Source: Candidatus Zhuqueibacterota bacterium (GTDB lineage Bacteria; Zhuqueibacterota; Zhuqueibacteria; Thermofontimicrobiales; Thermofontimicrobiaceae). Taken from it: 64,000 nucleotides of DNA. Position numbers and translations under genes: made by a program. Below, in pieces: positions 46,191 through 55,662 of the stretch. The stretch is taken from the NCBI GenBank assembly GCA_049322915.1, contig JBMOPW010000014.1, positions 1 to 64,000 of the forward strand. The letters run 5' to 3'. Numbering within the stretch: position 1 is the first letter of the stretch; every line of letters begins with the position of its first letter. The notes beneath the pieces are model-generated. The model was not told where the DNA came from and ran no database searches. It saw nothing but the letters and a program-made list of their open reading frames with translations.

Positions 46191-47885
46191 ATGATCATGA
46201 AAAAGACGAATCAGGGCTGGCCTATTTTACTTGCTTTATTGCTGATACTGAGTACGCTTCCCGGCCAGGAGCCGGAAAAAGATGCTCGAATTACAGGCAC
46301 TAATATTCATTATGAACAAGGCGATTGGGTCAGCTATTCAATGACGCGGTTGGTGCGCTCGCTGGCAGTTGGGCGGGAATATGTCTATTTCGGTACGACA
46401 GGCGGAGTGACTCGTTATAACTATTTTTCCAATCGATGGGATGAACCCTGGACGGTGAGCAACGGTCTGGCAGATAATTTCATCATCACGGTAGCGTTTG
46501 ACATGAATACCGATTACTTTTGGTGCTCGACCCGGCAGGGCATAAGCCTCTACCGGTCGACGTTTCAGCGCTGGGAAAATATTTTCAAAGACGATCTTGG
46601 TCTGTCACCTGACGATGAGATCGCATCCATTGGATTCGATGCCTATCATGTGTGGTTGGAAACGATGAATGGGACAGTATTCAAAGGAGCGAATCAACAA
46701 ACTGCCTTTGAGCGAGTAGCCATTTCCGATGTGCCATTCAATACAATCGAGTGGTTTGGCCGCCGCGTCACTGATTTGAGTGATCTCCCGCTGCTGACCA
46801 TGAGCGGTGGTAACTTCTTTGATCAGGATGGATATGTCAGGGATTATCGGCTGAACAAATACGATGTCACTTGCTTTCATCGGGATCGATGGAATACGTA
46901 CTGGGTGGGTTCCTGGGGTGCCGGCGCCGGCAAAGCGGATGCCCGCATCGAATTGCTCGAGATGATGCCGTTCGGCTTGTTCTGCGAGAATGTCACCGCT
47001 GCAAAAATGGATGACGAGTACCAGATTTGGATGGGCGGGCATGGTTACCGGGAAGAGGAGAGCGGCATTACCAGGTGGGATAGTGAGAATAACGAGTGGG
47101 TTTATTTTCAATCGCGATTTATAGGTGACTTGAAAAGCGACCAGGTTTCTGCCATCGCTCTGGATAAGCCGTACGTTTGGTTTGCGACGGATTATGGCGT
47201 GGCTTATTTTAATTGTGATGAAAATGAGTGGCGGACATTTGATGTCGGGAATGGTCTCGCAGATAACATCGTCTACGATGTGGAGACAGATGGAGAAATC
47301 GTATGGATTGCCACGGCGAAAGGCGTCTCGCAGTTAATCAAAGCGAATATGGGTCAGAAGGAATTCCGAATTACCGATTTCGTCCCGCAGGATATTCGCC
47401 GGATGGCTGCCTACGATATCGCCCTCATGACGAATCTGCTATGGATCGGCACCGAGTTTGGATTGTACGTGTACGATTTACAGGCGAAGACCGGCGGTTT
47501 TGAAAACGAGTCGGATGGCCCGCAGAATAACGAAGTCACCGTGGTGGAATGTTTTCAGGATAAAGAGGTATGGGTTGGTTTCCGCGATGGAATTCAGGTC
47601 TTTGATGTTACTTCTCAACAATGGCTGGGATCGCCGGAAAGACAATTATTCGATAGCCGGGAGATCAATTTCATAAAAGCGGATGAATTTTCCGTCTGGG
47701 TGGCAACGAATTCCGGCGCGCTCCGCTATGATCGCGATAGGAAACGATGGATCGAATTTACAATCCTGGACGGGCTTATCAGCAATTGCGTCAACTGCAT
47801 CATGCTGGATGGCGATTACGTCTGGTTCGGCACGGATGCAGGGCTGACAAAATTCTACTGGAACGATCCCAATCGGATCGATTGA
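46191..47885 (+). CDS. exported beta-propeller protein (two-component regulator propeller-like repeats)
   Basis: Signal peptide; repeated NGLADN...WFATDYGV / WIATAKGV / WFGTDAGL blades; no kinase domain. Confidence 0.75.
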   Translation: MIMKKTNQGWPILLALLLILSTLPGQEPEKDARITGTNIHYEQGDWVSYSMTRLVRSLAVGREYVYFGTTGGVTRYNYFSNRWDEPWTVSNGLADNFIITVAFDMNTDYFWCSTRQGISLYRSTFQRWENIFKDDLGLSPDDEIASIGFDAYHVWLETMNGTVFKGANQQTAFERVAISDVPFNTIEWFGRRVTDLSDLPLLTMSGGNFFDQDGYVRDYRLNKYDVTCFHRDRWNTYWVGSWGAGAGKADARIELLEMMPFGLFCENVTAAKMDDEYQIWMGGHGYREEESGITRWDSENNEWVYFQSRFIGDLKSDQVSAIALDKPYVWFATDYGVAYFNCDENEWRTFDVGNGLADNIVYDVETDGEIVWIATAKGVSQLIKANMGQKEFRITDFVPQDIRRMAAYDIALMTNLLWIGTEFGLYVYDLQAKTGGFENESDGPQNNEVTVVECFQDKEVWVGFRDGIQVFDVTSQQWLGSPERQLFDSREINFIKADEFSVWVATNSGALRYDRDRKRWIEFTILDGLISNCVNCIMLDGDYVWFGTDAGLTKFYWNDPNRID

Positions 47886-47909
47886 TAATGGCGGGATTCC
47901 CGTCTGAAA

Positions 47910-48557
47910 TTACTGAGTTGTCTTCTTCCCCAGAGGTACCTTATTTTCTTTGCCTTGCAAAATTCTTTGTATGTTGCTGCGGTGAGTGAATACAATGAGC
48001 AATGCAATGAAGATAGCAAAATATAATAACTCCGATGACGTGGTATAGTTGAACCATTTCTGCATGATGAGCAGCACAAGAGGTAACGAAATCGCTGCGG
48101 ACATGGAGCTGACTGAGACCATTCGAACTGTGAATAATACAATTAAAAAGATGCCCAGGCAGATGAGTCCGGCGACAGGATAAAGTGCGAAGAGCATTCC
48201 TGCGGCAGTTCCAACTCCCTTCCCTCCTTTGAAACCGGCGAAGATCGTCCAGATGTGCCCGAAAATCGAGGCAACCCCCGCAATAATCTGGATGAGGTGA
48301 GGGCTCATTGCCACTTCATCTATTCGGATTTGAGAAATGAGCAGCGTCGCCAGGACGCCTTTACCAACGTCAACAATCATCACAATGGAACCCAATTTCC
48401 AACCCAGCACGCGAATTGCATTGGTCGCTCCGGCGTTTCTGCTGCCATGATCCCGAATATCGATGCCGCGAAATAGTTTGGAGACGATGATGCTCGTCGG
48501 AATGGAGCCTGCCAGATAGCTCAATATCAGGACAACGAAAATAGAAATCATGTTCAC
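47910..48557 (-). CDS. plsY: acyl-phosphate:glycerol-3-phosphate acyltransferase PlsY
   Basis: YLAGSIP, GSRNAGATN, GHIWTIFAGFKGGKGV and HRSNIQRI motifs. Confidence 0.95.
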   Translation of the reverse strand: MNMISIFVVLILSYLAGSIPTSIIVSKLFRGIDIRDHGSRNAGATNAIRVLGWKLGSIVMIVDVGKGVLATLLISQIRIDEVAMSPHLIQIIAGVASIFGHIWTIFAGFKGGKGVGTAAGMLFALYPVAGLICLGIFLIVLFTVRMVSVSSMSAAISLPLVLLIMQKWFNYTTSSELLYFAIFIALLIVFTHRSNIQRILQGKENKVPLGKKTTQ

Positions 48558-48599
48558 TCCCTCAAATTTCGGTTCAAACCACAGCCTGCCGAATGCCGG

Positions 48600-50432
48600 T
48601 TAATCATTATAACCTACAAATGCGATACCTGCAGTCCCCGGTCCGGCATGCACACCTAACGCCGGCGCGGCTTCCACAATGGGAATCATTTCGGTCAGAT
48701 TGAATCGTTTGGTCAACTGCCTCGCGTACCATTCGGCTTTTTTCAATGCATTGGCATGGGCAATGATGAATTTCACGCGTTTGTATTTCCGGGCTTCAAT
48801 GGATATTTGATTCAGCGTCTTTTTCATGGCGTTTTTATGTCCAATGGCTTTGAACGCAAGAAAAACCCGGCCTTCCTGGTTCAGCGAGATAGTCGGTTTT
48901 AATCTTAGCAAGTTACCGATGAATCCCTTCTTTTTGCTGAGACGCCCGCCCTTGACGACGTACTTCAGCGAGGCGAGGGTGATGAGGATATGAAGATTCT
49001 CGACAGCCTTATTCACGCGTTCGACGACCTTGTCTAAGGCTAAATTTTCTTTGATTGCTTCGGCTGCTTCCATGACAACAAGGCCCAGTGCAGCGGAAAT
49101 ATTTTTTCCATCGATGCACACAATTTTTTTATGTTCAAATGACTTCGCCACCCGCTCGATAACCTGCAGGGTGCCACTGGACGCCCGAGGCAGATGAATG
49201 GAAATGAGAGATTTGTATTTCGTTAAAGCCGTTTGAAATACTCTCTGAACATCCGCTGTCGCAGGCTGAGACGTTGTTGGATGAAACTCGGAAGTGACAA
49301 GCTTGTCGTAAAATTCCATCGGGCTGATATCCACCTTATCGAGATAGGTCTTGGGCCCAAAGATAATCTTCAGTGGGATAATGTGGATATTATTTTCCTG
49401 GATGAACTGATAGGGAAGATCGCAGGAAGAATCAGTCACAATGCCGATTTCGCCAAGCTCTGTTTCTGCTAAGACATGCTGGTGCTGCTGAATCATGTCG
49501 TCGATTTTTTGGTGGGACAGGCTGCCGAAAGAGGATGCAATTTTGAAAACCGCCTCCGGTGAATTTGTATGCATATGAATTCTCACCCGCTCCGCCGATC
49601 CGGCCACAATGAGAGAATCTCCCAGGGGCAGAAGCTGTTCCCGAAGCGACGAATGACTGATCTCTTCGCCCTGAATCATGCATTCCGTGCAAAACCGGAA
49701 TGTGATGTCCATGTTCAGTGCAGCCCCGGCGTATCCTGTCGGACTGGCAGGCTCTATTTTTGACTGATGCAGGATTTGCTTGATTCGCCCTTTGTCAATA
49801 AAATTAACAATTCCCTCCAGCATATTGACAAATCCCTGGGCGCCGGCATCCACAACGCCGGCCTTGCGCAGCACCTCCAACTTCTTCGGTGTATCTGCCA
49901 GAGACTGTCTGGCGGTCTGCAGACCGTTCTTCAGAAGCTCGACAAAATCCTCGGTTCGTTTGGAGGCTTTTTCAATATAATTCGCCCAATCACTAATCAC
50001 TGTTAAAATCGTACCCTCCCGCGGTTCTGAAAGCGCATTATGGGCGCTCAACCGCGCATGCTTTACCGCTTCGGCGAAGGCCGCTGTGGACAGCCGCAAT
50101 TTGCCCTTGACGGCGGTGGAAAAACCATGAAAAAATTGAGCCAGAATGGCGCCCGAGTTTCCCTGCGCGCCCATGAGCGCGGATTCCGCCAGCACAGAAC
50201 TGATGTGGGAGACGGACTTGTCAGACACCTGTGACAGATTCGATGAAATATGGTCCATGGTGTGGGCCATGTTTGTCCCGGTATCACCATCCGGGACTGG
50301 AAAGACATTTATCTTGTTGAGATGATCTTTATTTCGGGATACGATTTTCGAGCTTGCGAGAATTGCATTTCTGAGTCGCTTGCCATCAAGGTATTTGATT
50401 TTTCTGAAGGACATGTTCTTCATTGTGCTCAT
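48600..50432 (-). CDS. DAK2 (FakA-like) - DegV (FakB-like) fusion, putative single-chain fatty acid kinase
   Basis: LNKINVFPVPDGDTGTNM, GAQGNSGAILAQFF, VVDAGAQG and FCTE...HMHT, followed by DegV motifs IVTDSSCDL, TTSQP, SSGT, KGGRL and GVHAGPG. Confidence 0.9.
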   Translation of the reverse strand: MSTMKNMSFRKIKYLDGKRLRNAILASSKIVSRNKDHLNKINVFPVPDGDTGTNMAHTMDHISSNLSQVSDKSVSHISSVLAESALMGAQGNSGAILAQFFHGFSTAVKGKLRLSTAAFAEAVKHARLSAHNALSEPREGTILTVISDWANYIEKASKRTEDFVELLKNGLQTARQSLADTPKKLEVLRKAGVVDAGAQGFVNMLEGIVNFIDKGRIKQILHQSKIEPASPTGYAGAALNMDITFRFCTECMIQGEEISHSSLREQLLPLGDSLIVAGSAERVRIHMHTNSPEAVFKIASSFGSLSHQKIDDMIQQHQHVLAETELGEIGIVTDSSCDLPYQFIQENNIHIIPLKIIFGPKTYLDKVDISPMEFYDKLVTSEFHPTTSQPATADVQRVFQTALTKYKSLISIHLPRASSGTLQVIERVAKSFEHKKIVCIDGKNISAALGLVVMEAAEAIKENLALDKVVERVNKAVENLHILITLASLKYVVKGGRLSKKKGFIGNLLRLKPTISLNQEGRVFLAFKAIGHKNAMKKTLNQISIEARKYKRVKFIIAHANALKKAEWYARQLTKRFNLTEMIPIVEAAPALGVHAGPGTAGIAFVGYND

Positions 50433-50454
50433 TCGAATTTTCCATAATAGTTGA

Positions 50455-51165
50455 TTAACGATGGGTGTCTATTAAATTCTGAATCTTGTTTTTGACAAAG
50501 TCGCGAAGCTCAGCCGGTGTTTTGTCTTTATAAAAAGCATACGGAATCACATCCCCGAAAACGAACTTCATTTGTCCCGGTTGAACGAGCCAGTGGGTGA
50601 CGCGCTTAATTTGAAAAGCGCCGACCATGGCCGTTGGGACGATGTCCGATTTGGCATTCAGCGAGAGGATAAATGGACCTTTCATGAACGGGAGGAGTTG
50701 GTCATTTTTTGTGCGATGCCCTTCGGGAAGAATGATGATTGACGTGCCACTACGAATGGCATTCTCAGCTAGACTCAGGCTTTTTATCGCGCTGCGCGTA
50801 TTCGTCTGGCTGATAGGAATGTTGCCAAACCGACGGATGACCGGACCCCAGACTGGCCACGCAAAGTGGGCGTCTAATTCGACGCCGCGGGCAAAATTTG
50901 GAATATAACCATAAAGCACAAACACGTCGAAAATGTTGACGTGATTGGCCATGAAGATATAGGTTTTTTCGCGATCAAGTTTTTCAGCGCCAAGGATCCT
51001 CACGTCAATGAAGAAAGATTTCAAAAAAAGGCGGCATGCAAGCTTTGCAAATCGGTCATACTGACGAGGCTTGAAAAGATAGGAACAGGTTATGACCGAA
51101 ACGCCCAGCAGCAGAAAACTGATCGATCCGATGATATACAGGAAAATCGAAATTATATATTTCAT
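50455..51165 (-). CDS. plsC: 1-acyl-sn-glycerol-3-phosphate acyltransferase (PlsC family)
   Basis: NHVNIFD (NHxxxxD), LPEGHRT and PFMKGPF motifs. Confidence 0.88.
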   Translation of the reverse strand: MKYIISIFLYIIGSISFLLLGVSVITCSYLFKPRQYDRFAKLACRLFLKSFFIDVRILGAEKLDREKTYIFMANHVNIFDVFVLYGYIPNFARGVELDAHFAWPVWGPVIRRFGNIPISQTNTRSAIKSLSLAENAIRSGTSIIILPEGHRTKNDQLLPFMKGPFILSLNAKSDIVPTAMVGAFQIKRVTHWLVQPGQMKFVFGDVIPYAFYKDKTPAELRDFVKNKIQNLIDTHR

Positions 51166-51219
51166 ACCTGAATAGTAGGCATATCAATGACAAACACAGC
51201 GTTAGAAAAGCTGAAAGTC

Positions 51220-51248
51220 AATATATAGAAATATTGCAATAATGTCAA
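51220..51248 (-). promoter_or_regulatory. sigma70 promoter of the plsC-fakAB-plsY operon
   Basis: Minus strand TTGACA-N17-TATATT about 55 nt upstream of plsC. Confidence 0.65.
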
Positions 51249-51327
51249 GAAAAAAAATGGCTGTAGGACAGTCGTGCGGTCTGGCTTGTAAAAAATGAAA
51301 TTGGCATAAGGAAATAGCTGGCCCACA

Positions 51328-53940
51328 TCACTGAAAGAAGATCGGTGCAAAGCCCGTGAAATTCCGGTCGAAAGAAGCTTTCGGGCGGGAGAGATTTTCA
51401 AAAAGCAACGACGCTGAATAGCTGTAGGAAATGAGATAGTCAGACATCAGAAAGGAAAGCGTCCGATAGTCTTCAGTCTGCGGCGCTGGCGGCTGAGCTA
51501 ACAATGTCTCAAAGGGAAGATAACCCAACAGGCCATCCGGGATAATAATGAGGCGATGGCCGTACAGGTATGATTTTACGGGCGAGATTAAACAACAATA
51601 AAGCGTATGAGCGGCTATGCTGTAATCAGTAAAACTTTGTTGCAGTAATCCACTTCGCATTCGGTCCATTGATGCGGTGAAGCTATCATCGATGGAAATT
51701 GACCGTATTTCGAATGTAGTTTTGGTGATTGTAAAAATGAACAGCGTGCTATCGCTGAGGTAATACTCGATGATTCCTGTGTCTGAATCCAGTATCTTGT
51801 CCTGAATTTGTTTTGCGGTGGCGTTGGCGGTTTGATATGTTAAATTGTAATAGGCAGGGTAGTTCAGTTCGAAGGTATTGACAAGGCTTTCATAGTTTCG
51901 TTTTAACTGAAATAGCCTGTTTTGCAGTGACCTCACTCTTTCGCTATCTGCATCGGTTCCCTTTTGTGTTTCATCAAACAGGAGCTTGTCCGTGAATGAA
52001 AGATCGATTTTCAACTGTCGTTCAGTGTCCAGAAGGCTATCCGGGATGCCGGCGAATTTCCTGGCGTTGGATTCGATGAGCGCCTGATGCAGCGCGCCGG
52101 ACTTACTTTTCTCGGCAAAGGAGAATGCAACTTCTTTCAAGTCGTGCGCATGGGTGATGGTGTACAGCTCAAACACACTGGTAATTGCCTGACCGTAGAT
52201 GGAATGCATTTTTTCGCCCAGGAATAATTTCAAATTCTCTGATTTATAGCCGGTTCGAATGTGTTCAATGAGATCGGAAATTAAGGTGTACGTTACAACG
52301 GATGCCTCCAGATTTTCGATATGACTTCTGTCGTCCAAATATAATTCATTGAACAGCTCCGCTTTTCGGGTCAGGATATCCAGCAGTCTGGTCTCCTCGT
52401 TGAGCTGTGTGAGAGGAGGATTGACATAAACATTGTCGGAATCGAACCCTGGAAAAAGCGCGTGCAAGGCGCGTTGCAAACAGGATAGCGCTTTCCTGAT
52501 CCGATGTTGTCGGTGATAGACTTCAGCGATTTGCTGATACGCTTCTGCAATGAGCGGATGATTGTTGCCCCAGATACGTTGACTCAGGCTCACGGACTTA
52601 TTGAGATAATGAAGCGCTATGTTAAAATCGCCCAGATCTGTATAGAGAATTCCCATATTGTTGTAAATAATTGCCATGAGTGAATGCTGCTGTGTTGAAA
52701 GCTGCCTGGCCATGGAGAGCGCCTGCCTGTAATACTCAATCGCCCGATTAAAATCCTTTTTCAGCGAATAAATATTTGCAATGTTGAGCTGGCAGCGGAC
52801 AATATCCGGGTGAACCCGTTGCTCCATGCGCAGTTGCACGTTAAGGGATTGCTGGTAGTAATGAAGCGCCTCATCGTACATCTCCTTGTTTTTAGAGATT
52901 ATTCCCAGGTTGTTGTACAACGATGCAATTATCGGATGGGTGTCGCTAATCGTCACCATCACCAGCGATAACGATTTCTGAAAGTAAGCCTGCGCGTCTT
53001 CGAGGTTGCCTTTTCGGAGCCAGATAGTACCCAGATTCAGGTAATTTCCAGCCAGCGATGGGTGATTGCTGCCAAGTCTGTTCTGCACAATGCGGATGGA
53101 TTTTTCATAGCACTCAATGGCGCGGTCATAATCCCCTTTGGTGAAATGAAGCACGCCTAGGTTGAGGTAGCTGTTGGATACGTCCGGGTGGTTCTCCCCG
53201 ACTGCCTCCAGCCGGATGGCAAGTCCCTTTTGATAATAGGCCATCGCATTCTCGAAATCCTCTCTGGCAAGTGCGAGAATACCTAAATTGACATAACTGT
53301 CAGCGACCAAAGGGTGCGTCTGTTCATAGACTTTTTTTCGGATGGCTAATGCATCTTCATAAAATTCAGCAGCCTTGTCATACTGACCATAAAAATAGTT
53401 GACAATGCCCAGTCCGTGATAGCTATTCGCCAATTCTTCATCGTGGGCAGAATCGGTTTTTTTCAGTAGGCAAATTGCCTCGTGAAAAGCGCTTTCAGCC
53501 GCGGCTAAATCACCGCGCTTCTGAAAAATTATGCCGCGGGCGTTGAGGATTTTTACAGCCGGAATTTCATTCGTCGAAGTGAAAAGGGCGAGAATATGGG
53601 ATGCGCTGTCCACCTGGCTTTTTGCATCTTCATAGCGGCCCGATTTCACGAAGTTTGTGCTCTTGCCGCAGAGGCAATCGATTGCTTTTTCCCATTGCTC
53701 CTCTCGGATAAGTTGGTATAAAGCCAGATCATAATAATAATTAGAACTGTCGTAGAAGGCGGCGGTATGCAGCTTAGCCGCTCGCTGTAAACATTCAACC
53801 GCGGTAATCACGTCAACCCGGGTCTGATGCGACTGAAGCATCGGTACGTTTCTTTGATTTTTTATAGAATAGACGAGTCCACTGGCAAGAATGACGGTGA
53901 GCAAAATAGCAGTATATTTCCTGTAGTGTGGCTTTTTCAT
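51328..53940 (-). CDS. membrane-anchored TPR protein carrying only the N-terminal, non-catalytic part of a CHAT domain
   Basis: N-terminal TM; about 9-10 42-aa TPRs (HPxxAxSYxNLG); AFSFAEKSKS, IIEYY, LIIIPDGLLGYLPFETL and ISYSYSAS motifs; ends at FTGFAPIFFQ with no His/Cys dyad. Confidence 0.88.
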   Translation of the reverse strand: MKKPHYRKYTAILLTVILASGLVYSIKNQRNVPMLQSHQTRVDVITAVECLQRAAKLHTAAFYDSSNYYYDLALYQLIREEQWEKAIDCLCGKSTNFVKSGRYEDAKSQVDSASHILALFTSTNEIPAVKILNARGIIFQKRGDLAAAESAFHEAICLLKKTDSAHDEELANSYHGLGIVNYFYGQYDKAAEFYEDALAIRKKVYEQTHPLVADSYVNLGILALAREDFENAMAYYQKGLAIRLEAVGENHPDVSNSYLNLGVLHFTKGDYDRAIECYEKSIRIVQNRLGSNHPSLAGNYLNLGTIWLRKGNLEDAQAYFQKSLSLVMVTISDTHPIIASLYNNLGIISKNKEMYDEALHYYQQSLNVQLRMEQRVHPDIVRCQLNIANIYSLKKDFNRAIEYYRQALSMARQLSTQQHSLMAIIYNNMGILYTDLGDFNIALHYLNKSVSLSQRIWGNNHPLIAEAYQQIAEVYHRQHRIRKALSCLQRALHALFPGFDSDNVYVNPPLTQLNEETRLLDILTRKAELFNELYLDDRSHIENLEASVVTYTLISDLIEHIRTGYKSENLKLFLGEKMHSIYGQAITSVFELYTITHAHDLKEVAFSFAEKSKSGALHQALIESNARKFAGIPDSLLDTERQLKIDLSFTDKLLFDETQKGTDADSERVRSLQNRLFQLKRNYESLVNTFELNYPAYYNLTYQTANATAKQIQDKILDSDTGIIEYYLSDSTLFIFTITKTTFEIRSISIDDSFTASMDRMRSGLLQQSFTDYSIAAHTLYCCLISPVKSYLYGHRLIIIPDGLLGYLPFETLLAQPPAPQTEDYRTLSFLMSDYLISYSYSASLLFENLSRPKASFDRNFTGFAPIFFQ

Positions 53941-53941
53941 A

Positions 53942-54751
53942 TCATTCCACTGTGTGCGTGCGAAATTTTTTGATCAGCAGGAAGGCTGAAATGATGATGA
54001 GGACAATGGCTGGAATAATCCATTGCCAGTGATGACGCGCTGTACTGAGTTCCAGGGGAGATGTATCGCCGGTCAGGACAAAGCCAGCCCAGTAGTAGGG
54101 CGCTGATTTGATCTCTCCGGCATGGCGAAGATAGTTCAGTTTTGCGGTGCGAAGAGCAGCATCTTTGCTGGAACCCCGAATGAGTTCGGCATAGAAATCG
54201 GCCATGATGTGAGAAGTTGATTTGTCATCGACCGGCCACAAGCTCATCGCGATGCTCGGGCACCCTGCGTACATGAAGCTTCGCGCCAGGCTCATGATGC
54301 CTTCTCCCTGGACAAGTTTGCCGCTGCCGGTGTTGCATGCGCTTAAAACAGCCAAATGCGCGTTGAGTTCCAGATTGTAAAGCTCATAAGCGAACAGCTT
54401 ACCGTCCTCGGATAATGTGTCTTTCGGCGAGAAGGCTAAATAGCTGTACATCGGTTGAAGTTCATTGATAATCGTATGCGTTGCGAGATGGAGGATGCGC
54501 GACTTCGGGGCGTATTTCTTAAAATTCGCTTCGGTGGCCTGACGGCGCAGGAATACGTCTCCGCGAAGCAGATTGTCGATATTGCTCACCTCTTGTTCTG
54601 TCCAGGTCAAATCGTGAAGAGTTGCCTGGAGAGGCTCGGACAAAGGTTGATGAAAGGAGAGTTGCTCCTGAGCGAATAGCGAGTAATTTCCGGCAAAGAT
54701 CATTGCCAGAGCCAGCGCGAGCAGGCGCGTGTTAATCATTGGCATTTGCAC
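53942..54751 (-). CDS. exported catalytic C-terminal half of a CHAT (caspase-like) protease with C-terminal TM anchor
   Basis: Signal peptide (SLFA/Q); TEQEV, ATEANFK, LHLATH (His), VLSACNTG (Cys), SLWPVDD and PYYWAGF motifs; TM WIIPAIVLIIISAFLLI-KK. Confidence 0.9.
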   Translation of the reverse strand: MQMPMINTRLLALALAMIFAGNYSLFAQEQLSFHQPLSEPLQATLHDLTWTEQEVSNIDNLLRGDVFLRRQATEANFKKYAPKSRILHLATHTIINELQPMYSYLAFSPKDTLSEDGKLFAYELYNLELNAHLAVLSACNTGSGKLVQGEGIMSLARSFMYAGCPSIAMSLWPVDDKSTSHIMADFYAELIRGSSKDAALRTAKLNYLRHAGEIKSAPYYWAGFVLTGDTSPLELSTARHHWQWIIPAIVLIIISAFLLIKKFRTHTVE

Positions 54752-54888
54752 ACGAAGTAATGAAAATTCATAAGTGGGTCATTTCAGAAAAATGCTCACC
54801 GCGAGTCGATCTTGCGGCATCTGGAAGGAAACTGAATGTTAAACGCCCTGAAAAATTGAATTGTTTCTCACCCGAATGATGGTCCCGG

Positions 54889-55662
54889 CTATCGCTTTGT
54901 AAGGAGGTTCAAAATTTGTTCGCTCTGCTTTCTGTATTTGCTTGCCGCAGATACTGATTGAAATACCGCCATTGCCTCTGGAATTCGTTCCAGCCTTACC
55001 AGCGCCAGCCCCTGGTACCATTGCGCAGGATCGCGGTAGGGAGAACTGTGGGTTTTCATAATAGCCTCGAAGTGAGGAAGCGCCAGTTGTGGTGTGTCGT
55101 TGATTAGCTGGCACATCCCGGCATAAAAATGGGCGCCGGCGTTTCCTGGCTCGTGCGCTAATAGCTGATCCAATAATTGCTGGCAGGCGGCAATCTGATC
55201 TTTTTCATAGTTCAACATCGCCTGCAAGAAGAGACCCTGACTGGACTCTCCCCTGACGATCGGCGTGATATTCGGGTAAGCCTCGAAAAACTGATTGAAA
55301 ATTCGTTGGTGTGTCTGGTTTGTTTTTAGCAGAAGAAAAGAAGTCGCCAGAGCAACGATAACAAGCGCTGCCATTCCGTACCGCAGCATTGGGTTGCGCC
55401 AGCCTGATTTGGTGCGGCTGAGCCGTTGAGAGACCGAAGTCTGGAGGGCAGCTATGGCAGTGCGGAACTGTAACTCCCCGGCGCTTTTCTGAAATCCCTC
55501 GATGGCATCAGCGCAAAATGGGCAGTGGCGGATATGCAAGTCAATTTTCTCTTTCTGCTCAGGCCGAATGTTGTGTCTTGAATATGAAATGAGTTCATTC
55601 AGCGACAGACAATCCCCAACCGTGGACGCTTTGTCCTCGCAAGTAACATTTTTTTCATTCAT
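54889..55662 (-). CDS. zinc-finger (ZAS) transmembrane anti-sigma factor with periplasmic TPR domain
   Basis: CLS...HIRHCPFC (HxxxCxxC), one TM, then TPR-like repeats (AHFYAGM, AQWYQGLA); overlaps the ECF stop codon by 8 nt. Confidence 0.85.
   Translation of the reverse strand: MNEKNVTCEDKASTVGDCLSLNELISYSRHNIRPEQKEKIDLHIRHCPFCADAIEGFQKSAGELQFRTAIAALQTSVSQRLSRTKSGWRNPMLRYGMAALVIVALATSFLLLKTNQTHQRIFNQFFEAYPNITPIVRGESSQGLFLQAMLNYEKDQIAACQQLLDQLLAHEPGNAGAHFYAGMCQLINDTPQLALPHFEAIMKTHSSPYRDPAQWYQGLALVRLERIPEAMAVFQSVSAASKYRKQSEQILNLLTKR

Noticed and set aside
53938..53944. Single frameshifted CHAT-TPR fusion gene
   Set aside because: A real stop plus a separate ATG and N-terminal TM follow, and no slippery sequence was seen. 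A permuted fused ancestor is topologically possible but unsupported.
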